From the NCBI GenBank assembly GCA_019310195.1, contig JAFDET010000001.1, positions 1 through 47,025 on the forward strand: DNA of 47,025 nt. The letters are read 5' to 3'. The position numbers were made by a program, and so were the translations under genes. Below the pieces are notes generated by a model. It was not told the origin of the DNA. It saw only the letters and a list, made by a program, of their open reading frames with translations, and made no database searches. Origin of the DNA: Deltaproteobacteria bacterium. GTDB taxonomy: Bacteria; Myxococcota_A; UBA9160; JAFDET01. Positions 8,749-17,400 of the stretch are shown here, piece after piece. Positions within the stretch are counted from its first letter, which is position 1. Each line of letters starts with the position of its first letter.

Positions 8749-9402
8749 GGTTCGCGCGGCGCAGACGCCCACCACCCGCTGCGCGCCGGCTCGGCGCAAG
8801 GCACGGGCCGCCGCCGCCAGCGTGCTGCCGGTCGTCGTAACGTCGTCTACCAGGGCTACGCAGCCGGCCACCGGGCCCGACGCCCGGAATGCGTTCCGAA
8901 CGTTGGCCTGCCGCGCCGCCCGCCCCAGACCGCGCTGGCTCGGGGTGTCGCGCACGCGCAGCAGGGCGCCTCTCGCCAGCGGCGCGTCCAGGGTCCGGGC
9001 CACCTCCCGGGCCAGCAGCCCCGCCGGATGGAAGCCTCGCGCGCGTAGGCGGTGCGGGTGCTGGGGCACCGGAACCACGCGGTCCGGCGCGTCGTCCAGG
9101 CCGGCGGCTGCCTCGCGGATCAGGGCGAATGCCACCGCTTCGGCTCCCGGGTCGAAGCCCGTCAGGCCCGGGCGGGGATCCTTGAAGCGGCGGATCCACG
9201 ACTCGAAGTCGCCCGTGTATGCGGCTCCCGCCAGGCAGTCGGCCAAGGGCGCAGGCGGGTGCGGATCGCGGGGCGGAATCAGGCGGGGCAGCCGCGCGTC
9301 ACAGGCGTCGCACAGAACGGCGTCGCGGGGAATCCCTGCGGCGCAGCCGGCACACGCTCCCGGGAGGAAGAACTCGAGCAGGTCCGAAAGCAGACGCCGC
9401 AA
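8743..9402 (-). CDS. comF: ComF family protein (phosphoribosyltransferase-fold, ComFC-like)
   Basis: N-terminal Cys pairs (CAGCAAG...CDACDARL) and the PRTase motif VALVDDVTTTGSTL. Confidence 0.85.
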   Translation of the reverse strand: MRRLLSDLLEFFLPGACAGCAAGIPRDAVLCDACDARLPRLIPPRDPHPPAPLADCLAGAAYTGDFESWIRRFKDPRPGLTGFDPGAEAVAFALIREAAAGLDDAPDRVVPVPQHPHRLRARGFHPAGLLAREVARTLDAPLARGALLRVRDTPSQRGLGRAARQANVRNAFRASGPVAGCVALVDDVTTTGSTLAAAARALRRAGAQRVVGVCAARTL

Positions 9403-9445
9403 CGGCAGCTCCCCGGGACCGGGGATACAGCAACCCTAGCTCGAG

Positions 9446-12265
9446 CTAGCGCTCGATGCGCTCCCAACCATCCGGGCCGTGCCGCAGCTCGGCGGGGGGC
9501 CAGTAGCGGAGGTCCAGCTTGAGGGTGATGACGTCGGTCCTGCCCTCGAGGTTCAGCGTGCGCAGCCGGACGGAGTCGCGGTCGCGCCTCTCGCCCACGG
9601 CCGCCAGGAAGGCGTCCAGGTCCGGCGTGGGCTTGCCGTCGGCCGCCACGATGCGGCGGGTGGCGCCCAGGCCGTAGCGGTGCGCGGGAGAACCCCACGC
9701 GTACCACGACACGTAGAGGCCTTCCCGCGGCAGGCCGCGCTGGGCCGCGACGGCGCGGTGCGGGACCTGGAGCAGCGCGCCCGCCCACAGCAGGGCCCGC
9801 TGGGTGCCGTTTCCGTCCAAGGGGTCGGTGGGCACGCGAACCGTGATCTCCTCCCCGTCGCGCAGCAGCGCCAGCTCCACCTCGGGCCGGCTGGCCACAG
9901 CGCGCTCCATCTCGCGCACACGGGTCACCGGGGTGCCGTCGATGGCCAGGAGCAGGTCGCCCTCCTCCAGGATCTCCGAGGCGCGCACGTCGGCGGCCAC
10001 GCGGGCCACGTCGAGGACACGGCGTCGCTGCGGATCGTGGTCTTCCAGGATGCGGGCCGCCTCTTCCGAGAGGCCCCGCGTACGGGCGTCGGCCAGCGAG
10101 AGCGGGCGCAGCTCGGCGCCGATGGTCCGCCATTCGGGCAGCCGGCCTTCGCGCAGGGGGGCGATCACGTCGAGCAGCAGCTCCGACGGAATACCGGCAA
10201 AGAAGGCACGCGGTCCGTCGCTGCCCGGGGCGGCGAAAGAGGACCAGAGCGCTACCACCCGACCCCAGCGGTCCACCAGGGCACCGCCGACGCTCTTGGG
10301 TGCACGGGACAGCGCCACCAGCTCTACGTTCGTTTCGCGGAAGCGCGGCGGTGAGGGCGTGGGCAGAGACGCCACCTCCACCTGCGACACCCGAGCCTTC
10401 TCCGAGACCAGCTGCAGGGACGGGGTCAGGGCCACGAGCCACAGGTCGTCGCCGGGCTCCAGCTCTCGGGCGTGGACAGATGCGCTTCGCACCGGCGTCT
10501 CGCCCAGCAGCGCCGGGTCGTAGCGCAGCACCGCCAGGTTGTGCTCGGGGTGGATGTAGGCCAGCTGCGCCGGCACCTCGATGGACCCGGCGAAGGTCAA
10601 CGTGGCATCGCCCAGCGCTACGGGAACCGTATCGCGGTCCGTCAGCACGAGGCCGCGTTCGGCATCGATCACCACGCCGGCGCCCAGGTAGGAGTCGCCG
10701 CTGACGCCGTCCACGCGGAACGGGACGTGGAAGCGCACCACCGCGAGCGAGCGCGCCACCTTGCGCGTACGGCTATCGCCACCCGAACGGAAGCTGGTGG
10801 TCGAGGGCGGGGCCGCTTCGGGCGGGGGGGGCGGTGGCAGATCGACGCAGGGCCAGTTGCCGCTGGCGTCGTCGCGGGTGCAGCGGCGCATGCCGTTCCA
10901 GCGCCGATCGACGCGGACCACCCGCACCTCCTCGTTGCGCGCCATCTGGGCGCGGCGGAAGCGGACCGGGACCCGTGCGCCGTCGGGCAGCCCCGCCAGG
11001 GCCTCTTCCAGCACGTCGAGGGTCGGTGTGTCGGTGCCGCCGACGCGGGTGATGAGCGAGCGGCTCGGGATTCCGGCGCGCCGGAACATGTAGCCGCCAT
11101 GCGCCAGGTAGGCGCCTCGCACGGGCAGCCCGTAGTTTCGCGCCTGCTGATAGGAGAAGGGGTTGAGGACTGCGCCGCCCACCTCCAGGTAGCTATCCGG
11201 AGTGATCGCGTGCAGATCGCCCACCTCGAGCTGCAGCCGGTGGGGCTCGCCGCCGCGCTCCACCTCCAGGTCCAAGGTGCCGCCGACGCGTTGGTCGAGA
11301 GCGGACTCCAGGGGGAGGAACCCGGTGACCAAGGCTCCGGCCACGCGCACCAGCACGTCGCCGGGCTCCAGCGCACCGTCCGCCGGTCCGTCGGGAATCA
11401 CCTGGCCCACCACCAGCATGCCGATGGCCCCGGGATGGGCGCGCCGCACCTCGCCCTCGGTATCGGGACGCAGACCCAGGCGGCGCACCTCGTCGTACGG
11501 CTGGTGCTCGAAGATCGCTTGGAGCGTGCCCCGGGGCACCGGCTCGCCGCGGCGGACCAGCTCCAGGGCCCGCACCACCCGGTCGAGCGGCAAGTAGTAG
11601 CTCGATGCCGCGCGCTGCTTTCCGCCTGCATTGAGCGCCACCACGCGCCCGTCTTGATCGACCACCGGCGAGCCCGACGATCCGCCCGAGGTATTGGACG
11701 CGGCTTGAAAGTAGAAGGTGTTGAAGTCGCTGTAGCGACCCGGGCCGTAGTGGGGGGCCGCCCGATCCAGGCGGGCCAGGGTTCCCGCCAGGATGGAGAG
11801 CTTCTCACCGGCGTCGTTTCCGACCACGCGCACCTCGGCGCCGACGCGTACCTGGTCCGGGGCCAGCTCGAGCTGGGCGCGGCGCATGAAGTGGACGCGC
11901 GACGGGTCGTAGCGGAAGAAGCCGAAGTCGTGGACGGGATCCCGGTAGACCGCCCGGACGTCCACCTCTTCGTGGTTCTGGAAGACCGCCTCGGCCACCA
12001 CCGGTCCCGGGCTCACCACGTGCCGGTTGGTGAGGATGATGCCTTGCTCGGCGTCGACGACGAAGCCGGTGGCGGTGGCCGTGCCGGTGGCCTCGGTGTC
12101 GAAGGGCCGGGTCTCGCTGACCCGCAGCACGACGACGGCCGGCACGACCCGCTCCAGGACGCGCTCCCACGCCGCCGCCGAGGCCGGCTGGGCGGGCTGG
12201 GCCGGCTGGGCCGTTGCGGGGGCCGCGAGGAGCAGGCCGAGCAGACCGAAGAGAAGCTGCCTCAC
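9446..12265 (-). CDS. secreted Nma111-like duplicated HtrA protease: active trypsin-like module with PDZ-like regions, plus a degenerate second module
   Basis: The GTG start at 12265 overlaps the rsfS stop as GTGA. Signal-like N-terminus RQLLFGLLGLLLAAPATAQ. Module 1 has the catalytic motifs LTNRHVV, HDFGFF and GGSSGSPVV. The aligned sites in module 2 read LTDRDTV, HNLAVL and SVGGALV. Confidence 0.8.
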   Translation of the reverse strand: MRQLLFGLLGLLLAAPATAQPAQPAQPASAAAWERVLERVVPAVVVLRVSETRPFDTEATGTATATGFVVDAEQGIILTNRHVVSPGPVVAEAVFQNHEEVDVRAVYRDPVHDFGFFRYDPSRVHFMRRAQLELAPDQVRVGAEVRVVGNDAGEKLSILAGTLARLDRAAPHYGPGRYSDFNTFYFQAASNTSGGSSGSPVVDQDGRVVALNAGGKQRAASSYYLPLDRVVRALELVRRGEPVPRGTLQAIFEHQPYDEVRRLGLRPDTEGEVRRAHPGAIGMLVVGQVIPDGPADGALEPGDVLVRVAGALVTGFLPLESALDQRVGGTLDLEVERGGEPHRLQLEVGDLHAITPDSYLEVGGAVLNPFSYQQARNYGLPVRGAYLAHGGYMFRRAGIPSRSLITRVGGTDTPTLDVLEEALAGLPDGARVPVRFRRAQMARNEEVRVVRVDRRWNGMRRCTRDDASGNWPCVDLPPPPPPEAAPPSTTSFRSGGDSRTRKVARSLAVVRFHVPFRVDGVSGDSYLGAGVVIDAERGLVLTDRDTVPVALGDATLTFAGSIEVPAQLAYIHPEHNLAVLRYDPALLGETPVRSASVHARELEPGDDLWLVALTPSLQLVSEKARVSQVEVASLPTPSPPRFRETNVELVALSRAPKSVGGALVDRWGRVVALWSSFAAPGSDGPRAFFAGIPSELLLDVIAPLREGRLPEWRTIGAELRPLSLADARTRGLSEEAARILEDHDPQRRRVLDVARVAADVRASEILEEGDLLLAIDGTPVTRVREMERAVASRPEVELALLRDGEEITVRVPTDPLDGNGTQRALLWAGALLQVPHRAVAAQRGLPREGLYVSWYAWGSPAHRYGLGATRRIVAADGKPTPDLDAFLAAVGERRDRDSVRLRTLNLEGRTDVITLKLDLRYWPPAELRHGPDGWERIER
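12184..12210. repeat. 3 x 9 bp imperfect tandem repeat inside the protease signal region (encodes AQPAQPAQP)
   Basis: The units are CCGGCTGGG, CGGGCTGGG and CCGGCTGGG on the plus strand. Confidence 0.8.
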
Positions 12266-12612
12266 TCGCCGACCGCGACGCGGGCCGCGTCGCTCCACAG
12301 GCGCTCGAGGTCGTAGTGCTCGCGCACCTCGCACTGGAACAAGTGCACCACCAGGTCGCCCAGGTCGATCAGCACCCAGCGCCCCTCGTCGTACCCCTCG
12401 ATGCCCAGGGGCCGGTCGCCCAGCTCGCGCGCGCGCTCGACCACGGCGTCGGCGAGGGTCCGCACGTGCCGATCCGACGTGCCCGAGGCCAGGAGGAACC
12501 CGTCCGTGAAGGAGGAGACCTCGCGTACGTCGAGTGCGACCAGGTCTTCGCCCTTCCTGTCCAGGATGGCGTCGGCGAGGCTCCGCATGCGCTCCAACCG
12601 CTCTTCGCTCAA
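12262..12612 (-). CDS. rsfS: ribosome silencing factor RsfS (iojap family)
   Basis: DRKGEDLVALDVREVSSFTDGFLLASGTSDRHVRTLADAV... The TTG start overlaps the nadD stop. The position after nadD is the conserved one. Confidence 0.9.
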   Translation of the reverse strand: MSEERLERMRSLADAILDRKGEDLVALDVREVSSFTDGFLLASGTSDRHVRTLADAVVERARELGDRPLGIEGYDEGRWVLIDLGDLVVHLFQCEVREHYDLERLWSDAARVAVGE

Positions 12613-13283
12613 GAACCCCTCCGATAGACACCGCTCCGCTCGATGGCCTCACGCACGGGGTCGGGAATGAGATAGCGCACGGAGCGCGCCTCGCGCAGCC
12701 GTGCGCGAATGTCCGAGGAGGAGATGTCCAGCGCCGTGATCTCGACCAGGTGTACCCGGGTTCCCGCGTCGCGGTGGACCGCCGAGCGCCCGTCGGGGGC
12801 CATCTCCAGCGCTTCCGCCAGAGGCGCGGGCAGCCACTCGGCCAGCGAGCCCTTGCGAACCGGGGGGCGCGTGAGCACGGCGAAGTCGGCCAGGGTCAGC
12901 AGCCGCTCGGGCTGGCGCCACGTGGCCATCTCGGCGAAGGCGTCCCGGCCCAGCAGGAAGCAGAGGGGCCCGATCCGGGCGTGAAGCTCCGGAAGCGTAT
13001 CCACCAGGTAGGAGGGCCCGCCCCGCTCCACCTCGATGGGGTCGGCCTGGAAGCGCGCGTTTCCCGCCACGGCCAGCCGCACCCACTCCAGGCGGTGATC
13101 CGCCGGTGCGATCGCGTCCGGGTCGGCCTCCTTGTGAGGCGGGCGCGCGCTGGGCACGAGGAGCACCCGTTCCAGGTCGAGGGCCTCGGCGGCCTCTTCG
13201 GCCGCGCGCAGGTGACCCAGATGGATGGGGTTGAAGGTTCCGCCGAAGACTCCGACGCGGGCGCATCCCCGGGTCCGATTCAT
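12609..13283 (-). CDS. nadD: nicotinate-nucleotide adenylyltransferase
   Basis: GVFGGTFNPIHLGHL (HxGH motif) and ISSSDIR near the C-terminus. The ATG at 13283 overlaps the proA stop as ATGA. Confidence 0.9.
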   Translation of the reverse strand: MNRTRGCARVGVFGGTFNPIHLGHLRAAEEAAEALDLERVLLVPSARPPHKEADPDAIAPADHRLEWVRLAVAGNARFQADPIEVERGGPSYLVDTLPELHARIGPLCFLLGRDAFAEMATWRQPERLLTLADFAVLTRPPVRKGSLAEWLPAPLAEALEMAPDGRSAVHRDAGTRVHLVEITALDISSSDIRARLREARSVRYLIPDPVREAIERSGVYRRGS

Positions 13284-14536
13284 TCGCGAAGCTGTCCGTC
13301 CCCGAACAGCACGAACTTCCGGGTCGTGAGCCCCTCGAGCCCCATGGGCCCGTACCAGTGAAGCTTGGACGTGGAGATTCCGATCTCCGCCCCCAGGCCC
13401 AGCCGATAGCCGTCGGAGAATGCCGTGGAGCAGTTGACTCCCACGACGCAGGAGTCGAGCCGGCGCACGAACGCGTGGGCGCTCTCGTAGTCGCGGGTGA
13501 CGATGACTTCGGTGTGCTTGGAGCCGTAGCTTCGAATGTGCTCGATGGCGGCGTCCAATCCGGCGACGACGCGCACGGCCAGGATGGGTCCCAGGTACTC
13601 CTCGCTCCAGTCCGCTTCGTTGGCGGGGACCGCCTCGGAGAAGGTCTCGCAGGTAACGGGGCAGCCGCGGATCTCGACGCCCTCCTCGTGCAGCGCCTTG
13701 AGCACGTCGGGCAGCACGCTGTGCACGGCGTCCTGGTGCACGAGGAGCGTCTCGATCCCGTTGCACACCGCCATCTGACGGATCTTGGAGTCGAGCACGA
13801 TGGCGCGCGCCATTTCGGGGTCCGCGCTGGCGTCGAGGAACACGTGGGACACTCCCGCGTCGTGAGCCACCACGGGGATGGTCGACTCCTCGGTGCACTT
13901 GCGGATCAAGCCGGGACCGCCTCGGGGGATCAGGAGATCCACGTAGCGGTGCTGGCGCAGCAACGCGTCCACCGCGGCGCGGTCGCGTGTGGGAACCAGG
14001 GCCAGCGCGTCCTGCGGCAGGCCCACCTCGCCGGCCGCCTCGCGCAGGGCTTCGGCCAGGGCGCCGTTGGTGTTGAAGGCCTCGGAGCCGCCGCGCAGGA
14101 TCACCGCGTTGCCGGCCTTCACGCACAGGGCCGCCGCGTCCACGGTCACGTTGGGGCGGGACTCGTAGATGATCGCGATGACGCCCAGCGGGATGCGCAT
14201 GCGTCCCACCTGAAGTCCGTTGGGCCGCAGGCGGACATCGGTCATCTCGCCCACGGGATCCGGCAGCGCGGCCACGTCCCGCAGGCCCGCCAGCATGTCG
14301 TTCCACTTCTCGGCCAGGTCCAGGCGCTTGACCATGGGCTCGGACAAGCCCTTGTCCCGGGCCTCGCCCAGGTCCACGTGGTTGGCTTCCAGGATCGCGC
14401 TCTTGGAGGCTTCCAGTCGCGCGGCCGACGCCTCGAGCCAGCCGTCCTTCTCGCGTGAGGACAGCGCAGCCAAGGCGTGAGACGCCTCGCGGGCGCGACG
14501 CGCCAGCGCCTCGATATCGCGGGAGAGGTCGGTCAT
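13280..14536 (-). CDS. proA: glutamate-5-semialdehyde dehydrogenase (gamma-glutamyl phosphate reductase)
   Basis: IPLGVIAIIYESRPNVTVDAAALCVKAGNAVILRGG and MAVCNGIETLLVH (catalytic Cys). The ATG at 14536 overlaps the proB stop. Confidence 0.95.
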   Translation of the reverse strand: MTDLSRDIEALARRAREASHALAALSSREKDGWLEASAARLEASKSAILEANHVDLGEARDKGLSEPMVKRLDLAEKWNDMLAGLRDVAALPDPVGEMTDVRLRPNGLQVGRMRIPLGVIAIIYESRPNVTVDAAALCVKAGNAVILRGGSEAFNTNGALAEALREAAGEVGLPQDALALVPTRDRAAVDALLRQHRYVDLLIPRGGPGLIRKCTEESTIPVVAHDAGVSHVFLDASADPEMARAIVLDSKIRQMAVCNGIETLLVHQDAVHSVLPDVLKALHEEGVEIRGCPVTCETFSEAVPANEADWSEEYLGPILAVRVVAGLDAAIEHIRSYGSKHTEVIVTRDYESAHAFVRRLDSCVVGVNCSTAFSDGYRLGLGAEIGISTSKLHWYGPMGLEGLTTRKFVLFGDGQLRE

Positions 14537-15687
14537 CGTTCGTCGCTCGCTTTCTGCGGAGGATCGAGTACGACGAGGCGGTCGCGATGGATCACCGCGT
14601 CCCCGTTCGAGTAGCCTAGCACCTGGACGATCTCGCGTGTCGACAGCCCCCGGATGCGCTCGATCTCGCCCGACGAGTAGGACGTCAGGCCGCGGGCCAG
14701 CTCGCGACCGCGGGAGTCTTCGCACGTCACCGGTTCGCCCACGTGGAAGCGGCCCGACACCGAGGCGATGCCGGCCGGCAGCAGGCTGCGGCCCTTCTCG
14801 CGCAACGCGCGCGCCGCACCGTCGTCCACCACGAGCCGGCCGCGCGGTCGCGCGGTGTGGGCCAGCCAGTGCTTGCGCCCGCGCAGGCGTGCACCGGGCA
14901 CAAAGAGCGTCCCGACGGGCTCGCCTTCCGCGACGGCCAGCAGCACGTTGCGCGTGCGTCCGTTGCACACCACCGTCGCCGCGCCGGCATTGCCGGCGGT
15001 GCGTGCCGCCTCCAGCTTGGTGATCATGCCGCCGCGGCCGAATGCGCGCGCCGAGCCGCCCGCGGCCTCGAGCACGCGTTCGTCGATGGACTCCACCACG
15101 TCGAATAGCGGCGGCTTGGGCCGGCCCGACACGGGTTTCTTCACGTGGAGCCCATCCACATCGGTCAGCAGCACCAACAGGTCGGCGTCCACCAGGTTGA
15201 CGACCGTGGCGGAGAGGTTGTCGTTGTCGCCGAAGCGGATCTCGTCGGTGGCGACGGTGTCGTTCTCGTTGACGATGGGGATGACGCCCATGCGCAGCAG
15301 GGTCGTCAGCGTATTGCGCGCGTTCAGGTAGCGTTCTCGGTCGTCGAGGCCGACCCGGGTGACCAACACCTGGCCCACGCTGCGACCGTGACGCGCGAAG
15401 CGCCGACGGTAGATTTCCACCAGATCGATCTGTCCCACGGCCGCAGCGGCCTGCTTCTCCGGGATGCTGCGGCCGGGCCGCTCGCGTCCCAGGGTGCGGC
15501 TGCCCAGGGCGACGGCTCCGGACGACACCACCACCACCTGACGCCCGTCGTCGGCCAGTGCGGAGACCTGGCGCGCCAGATCCGAGAAGGCGCGGGCGCG
15601 CACGTGGCCGTCTTCGGTCAGGACGCTGCTTCCGACCTTGACGACGATGCGCTTGGCGCGGCGGGCGGCAGCGCGCTGCGGGCTCAT
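14533..15687 (-). CDS. proB: glutamate 5-kinase with a C-terminal PUA domain
   Basis: IVVKVGSSVLT, VVVSSGAVALG and IPIVNENDTVATDEIRFGDNDNLSA, with a PUA-like C-terminus. Confidence 0.95.
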   Translation of the reverse strand: MSPQRAAARRAKRIVVKVGSSVLTEDGHVRARAFSDLARQVSALADDGRQVVVVSSGAVALGSRTLGRERPGRSIPEKQAAAAVGQIDLVEIYRRRFARHGRSVGQVLVTRVGLDDRERYLNARNTLTTLLRMGVIPIVNENDTVATDEIRFGDNDNLSATVVNLVDADLLVLLTDVDGLHVKKPVSGRPKPPLFDVVESIDERVLEAAGGSARAFGRGGMITKLEAARTAGNAGAATVVCNGRTRNVLLAVAEGEPVGTLFVPGARLRGRKHWLAHTARPRGRLVVDDGAARALREKGRSLLPAGIASVSGRFHVGEPVTCEDSRGRELARGLTSYSSGEIERIRGLSTREIVQVLGYSNGDAVIHRDRLVVLDPPQKASDER

Positions 15688-16751
15688 GACGCCACCTCGT
15701 CGGATTCAGCCGCCTCGGCTGCAGCGGCTGCGTCGAGTGCGCCCAGCATGGTGCGCACCAGCTCCGGGACTCCTTCGCCGGTGGCGCCGGAGACGCACAG
15801 CACCTCGCGCCCGAGGGCGCGGAAGGCGTCCTCCAGAGGCTTCAGCTTTGCGCGCTCGGCTACCAGGTCGACCTTGGAGAGGATCACGATCTCGGGCCGC
15901 TCCAGCAGCGCGGGGTCGTAGGCGCCCAGCTCCCGGCGCAGGATTTCGTAGTCCGCCATCAGATCGGCGTTCTCCATCTCGCTGCGCGCCAGGTCCAGCA
16001 GGTGCACCAGGACTCGCGTGCGTTCCACGTGACGCAGGAAGCGGTCACCGAGGCCCGCGCCGTCGCTGGCTCCCTCGATCAGCCCAGGGATGTCGGCCAC
16101 CACGAAGCGGCGGTCGTCCACCTCGACGACGCCCAGCGACGGCACCAGGGTCGTGAAGGGGTAGGCGCCCACCCGCGGACGAGCCGCCGAGAGCCGACGG
16201 ATCAATGTGGACTTCCCGGCATTGGGAAAGCCCATGAGTCCCACGTCCGCCAGGAGCTTCAGCTCCAGACGCAGGCGTCGCGATTCGCCTGGCTTGGCCG
16301 GTGTGGCAAAGTCGGGCGCCTGGCGTGTGGGCGTTGCGAAGTTGGCGTTGCCGCGGCCGCCGCGGCCGCCGCGTGCCACCACCAGACGCGCGTCCGGCTC
16401 CGACAGGTCGGCGAGGGCCGCGGCGTCTTCGCCCGCGTCGGCGTCGTACACCATGGTTCCCACGGGCACCCGCAGGACCACGTGTTCGCCGGCCTTGCCG
16501 TGCTTGTTGGAGCCCTTTCCAGGCTCGCCGCGCGGGGCGCGGACCTCCGGGCGCACGCGGTGGTCGAGCAGGGTGGCCAGGTTGCGGTCCGCCACCAGCA
16601 CCACGTTGCCGCCGCGCCCACCGTCCCCGCCATCCGGCCCGCCCCGGGGCTCGAACTTCTCGCGTCGGAACGAGACGCACCCTTCGCCTCCCGCCCCGGC
16701 GCTGACCGAGACGGTGACCTCGTCGATGAAGGTGTCGGTGGGCTTGGGCAT
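15684..16751 (-). CDS. obg: GTPase Obg/CgtA
   Basis: FIDEVTVSVSAGAGGEGCVSFRREKF, a Gly-rich Obg fold, G1 GFPNAGKST, G3 DIPGLIEGA and SKVD. The ATG at 16751 is residue 43 of the longer track ORF. Confidence 0.95.
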   Translation of the reverse strand: MPKPTDTFIDEVTVSVSAGAGGEGCVSFRREKFEPRGGPDGGDGGRGGNVVLVADRNLATLLDHRVRPEVRAPRGEPGKGSNKHGKAGEHVVLRVPVGTMVYDADAGEDAAALADLSEPDARLVVARGGRGGRGNANFATPTRQAPDFATPAKPGESRRLRLELKLLADVGLMGFPNAGKSTLIRRLSAARPRVGAYPFTTLVPSLGVVEVDDRRFVVADIPGLIEGASDGAGLGDRFLRHVERTRVLVHLLDLARSEMENADLMADYEILRRELGAYDPALLERPEIVILSKVDLVAERAKLKPLEDAFRALGREVLCVSGATGEGVPELVRTMLGALDAAAAAEAAESDEVAS

Positions 16752-16807
16752 CCCGTGACCGTCCGCTGCGCAGACGTACGGGGGTATCGCCGCGCCGCGG
16801 TCCTCTC

Positions 16808-17062
16808 CTAGGCGGGCGGCTCGATCGTGGCGACGACGCGGCCGCGCGAGCGACCGTACTGCACGACGCCGTCGCACAGCGCGAAGAGCGTGTAGTCCCT
16901 TCCGCAGCCGACGTTGCGGCCGGGATGGATCCGGGTTCCGAGCTGGCGGACGAGGATGTTGCCCGCGCGCACGTTCTGGCCACCGAACATCTTCACACCC
17001 CGGCGCTGCGAGTTGCTGTCGCGGCCGTTGCGTGAGCTGCCCTGTCCCTTTTTGTGCGCCAT
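16808..17062 (-). CDS. rpmA: 50S ribosomal protein L27
   Basis: [24 protein letters not shown]...[15 protein letters not shown]. Confidence 0.97.
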   Translation of the reverse strand: MAHKKGQGSSRNGRDSNSQRRGVKMFGGQNVRAGNILVRQLGTRIHPGRNVGCGRDYTLFALCDGVVQYGRSRGRVVATIEPPA

Positions 17063-17088
17063 CGGATCTTCCTCGGTCCCTGTCCGGG

Positions 17089-17400
17089 CTAGCCTGCGAT
17101 CTCGTCGACCTGGATCTCGGTGTAAGCCTGGCGGTGACCCTGCTTGCGCCGGTAGTTCTTGCGGCGCTTGAACTTGTAGACGATCAGCTTGTCGCCACGG
17201 GCCTGGGCCGTGATGGTTCCCAGCACCCGGGCGCCGTCCACGCGCGGGCGGCCCACGCGAGCCTCGCCGTCACCCCCCACCAGGAGGACGTCGTCGAGCT
17301 CCACCTGGGAGCCGACCTCGCCGGCCAGCTTCTCGACCCGGACCTTCTTGCCGGGCTCGACCCGGACCTGCTTTCCACCGCTGCGGACGACCGCGTACAT
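17089..17400 (-). CDS. rplU: 50S ribosomal protein L21
   Basis: [17 protein letters not shown]...[15 protein letters not shown]. The ATG at 17400 shares one base with the upstream TGA. Confidence 0.95.
   Translation of the reverse strand: MYAVVRSGGKQVRVEPGKKVRVEKLAGEVGSQVELDDVLLVGGDGEARVGRPRVDGARVLGTITAQARGDKLIVYKFKRRKNYRRKQGHRQAYTEIQVDEIAG

Noticed and set aside
10472-12316. A 614-aa plus-strand ORF opposite the protease gene. The same reasoning applies to similar shadows at 17802..19457, 20286..22043, 21595..23103, 33527..34855, 34906..36225, 39923..41584 and 44653..46116.
   Set aside because: Every one of them is antisense to a gene with strong motif support and has shadow-ORF composition. 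I report none of them as a feature.
12266-12652. An N-terminal extension of about 129 aa on the protease ORF (the track lists 9446..12652).
   Set aside because: The extension overlaps rsfS in another frame and is R/G/P-rich. A GTG at 12265 followed by a signal-peptide-like sequence, with a GTGA overlap on the rsfS stop, gives the sensible start.
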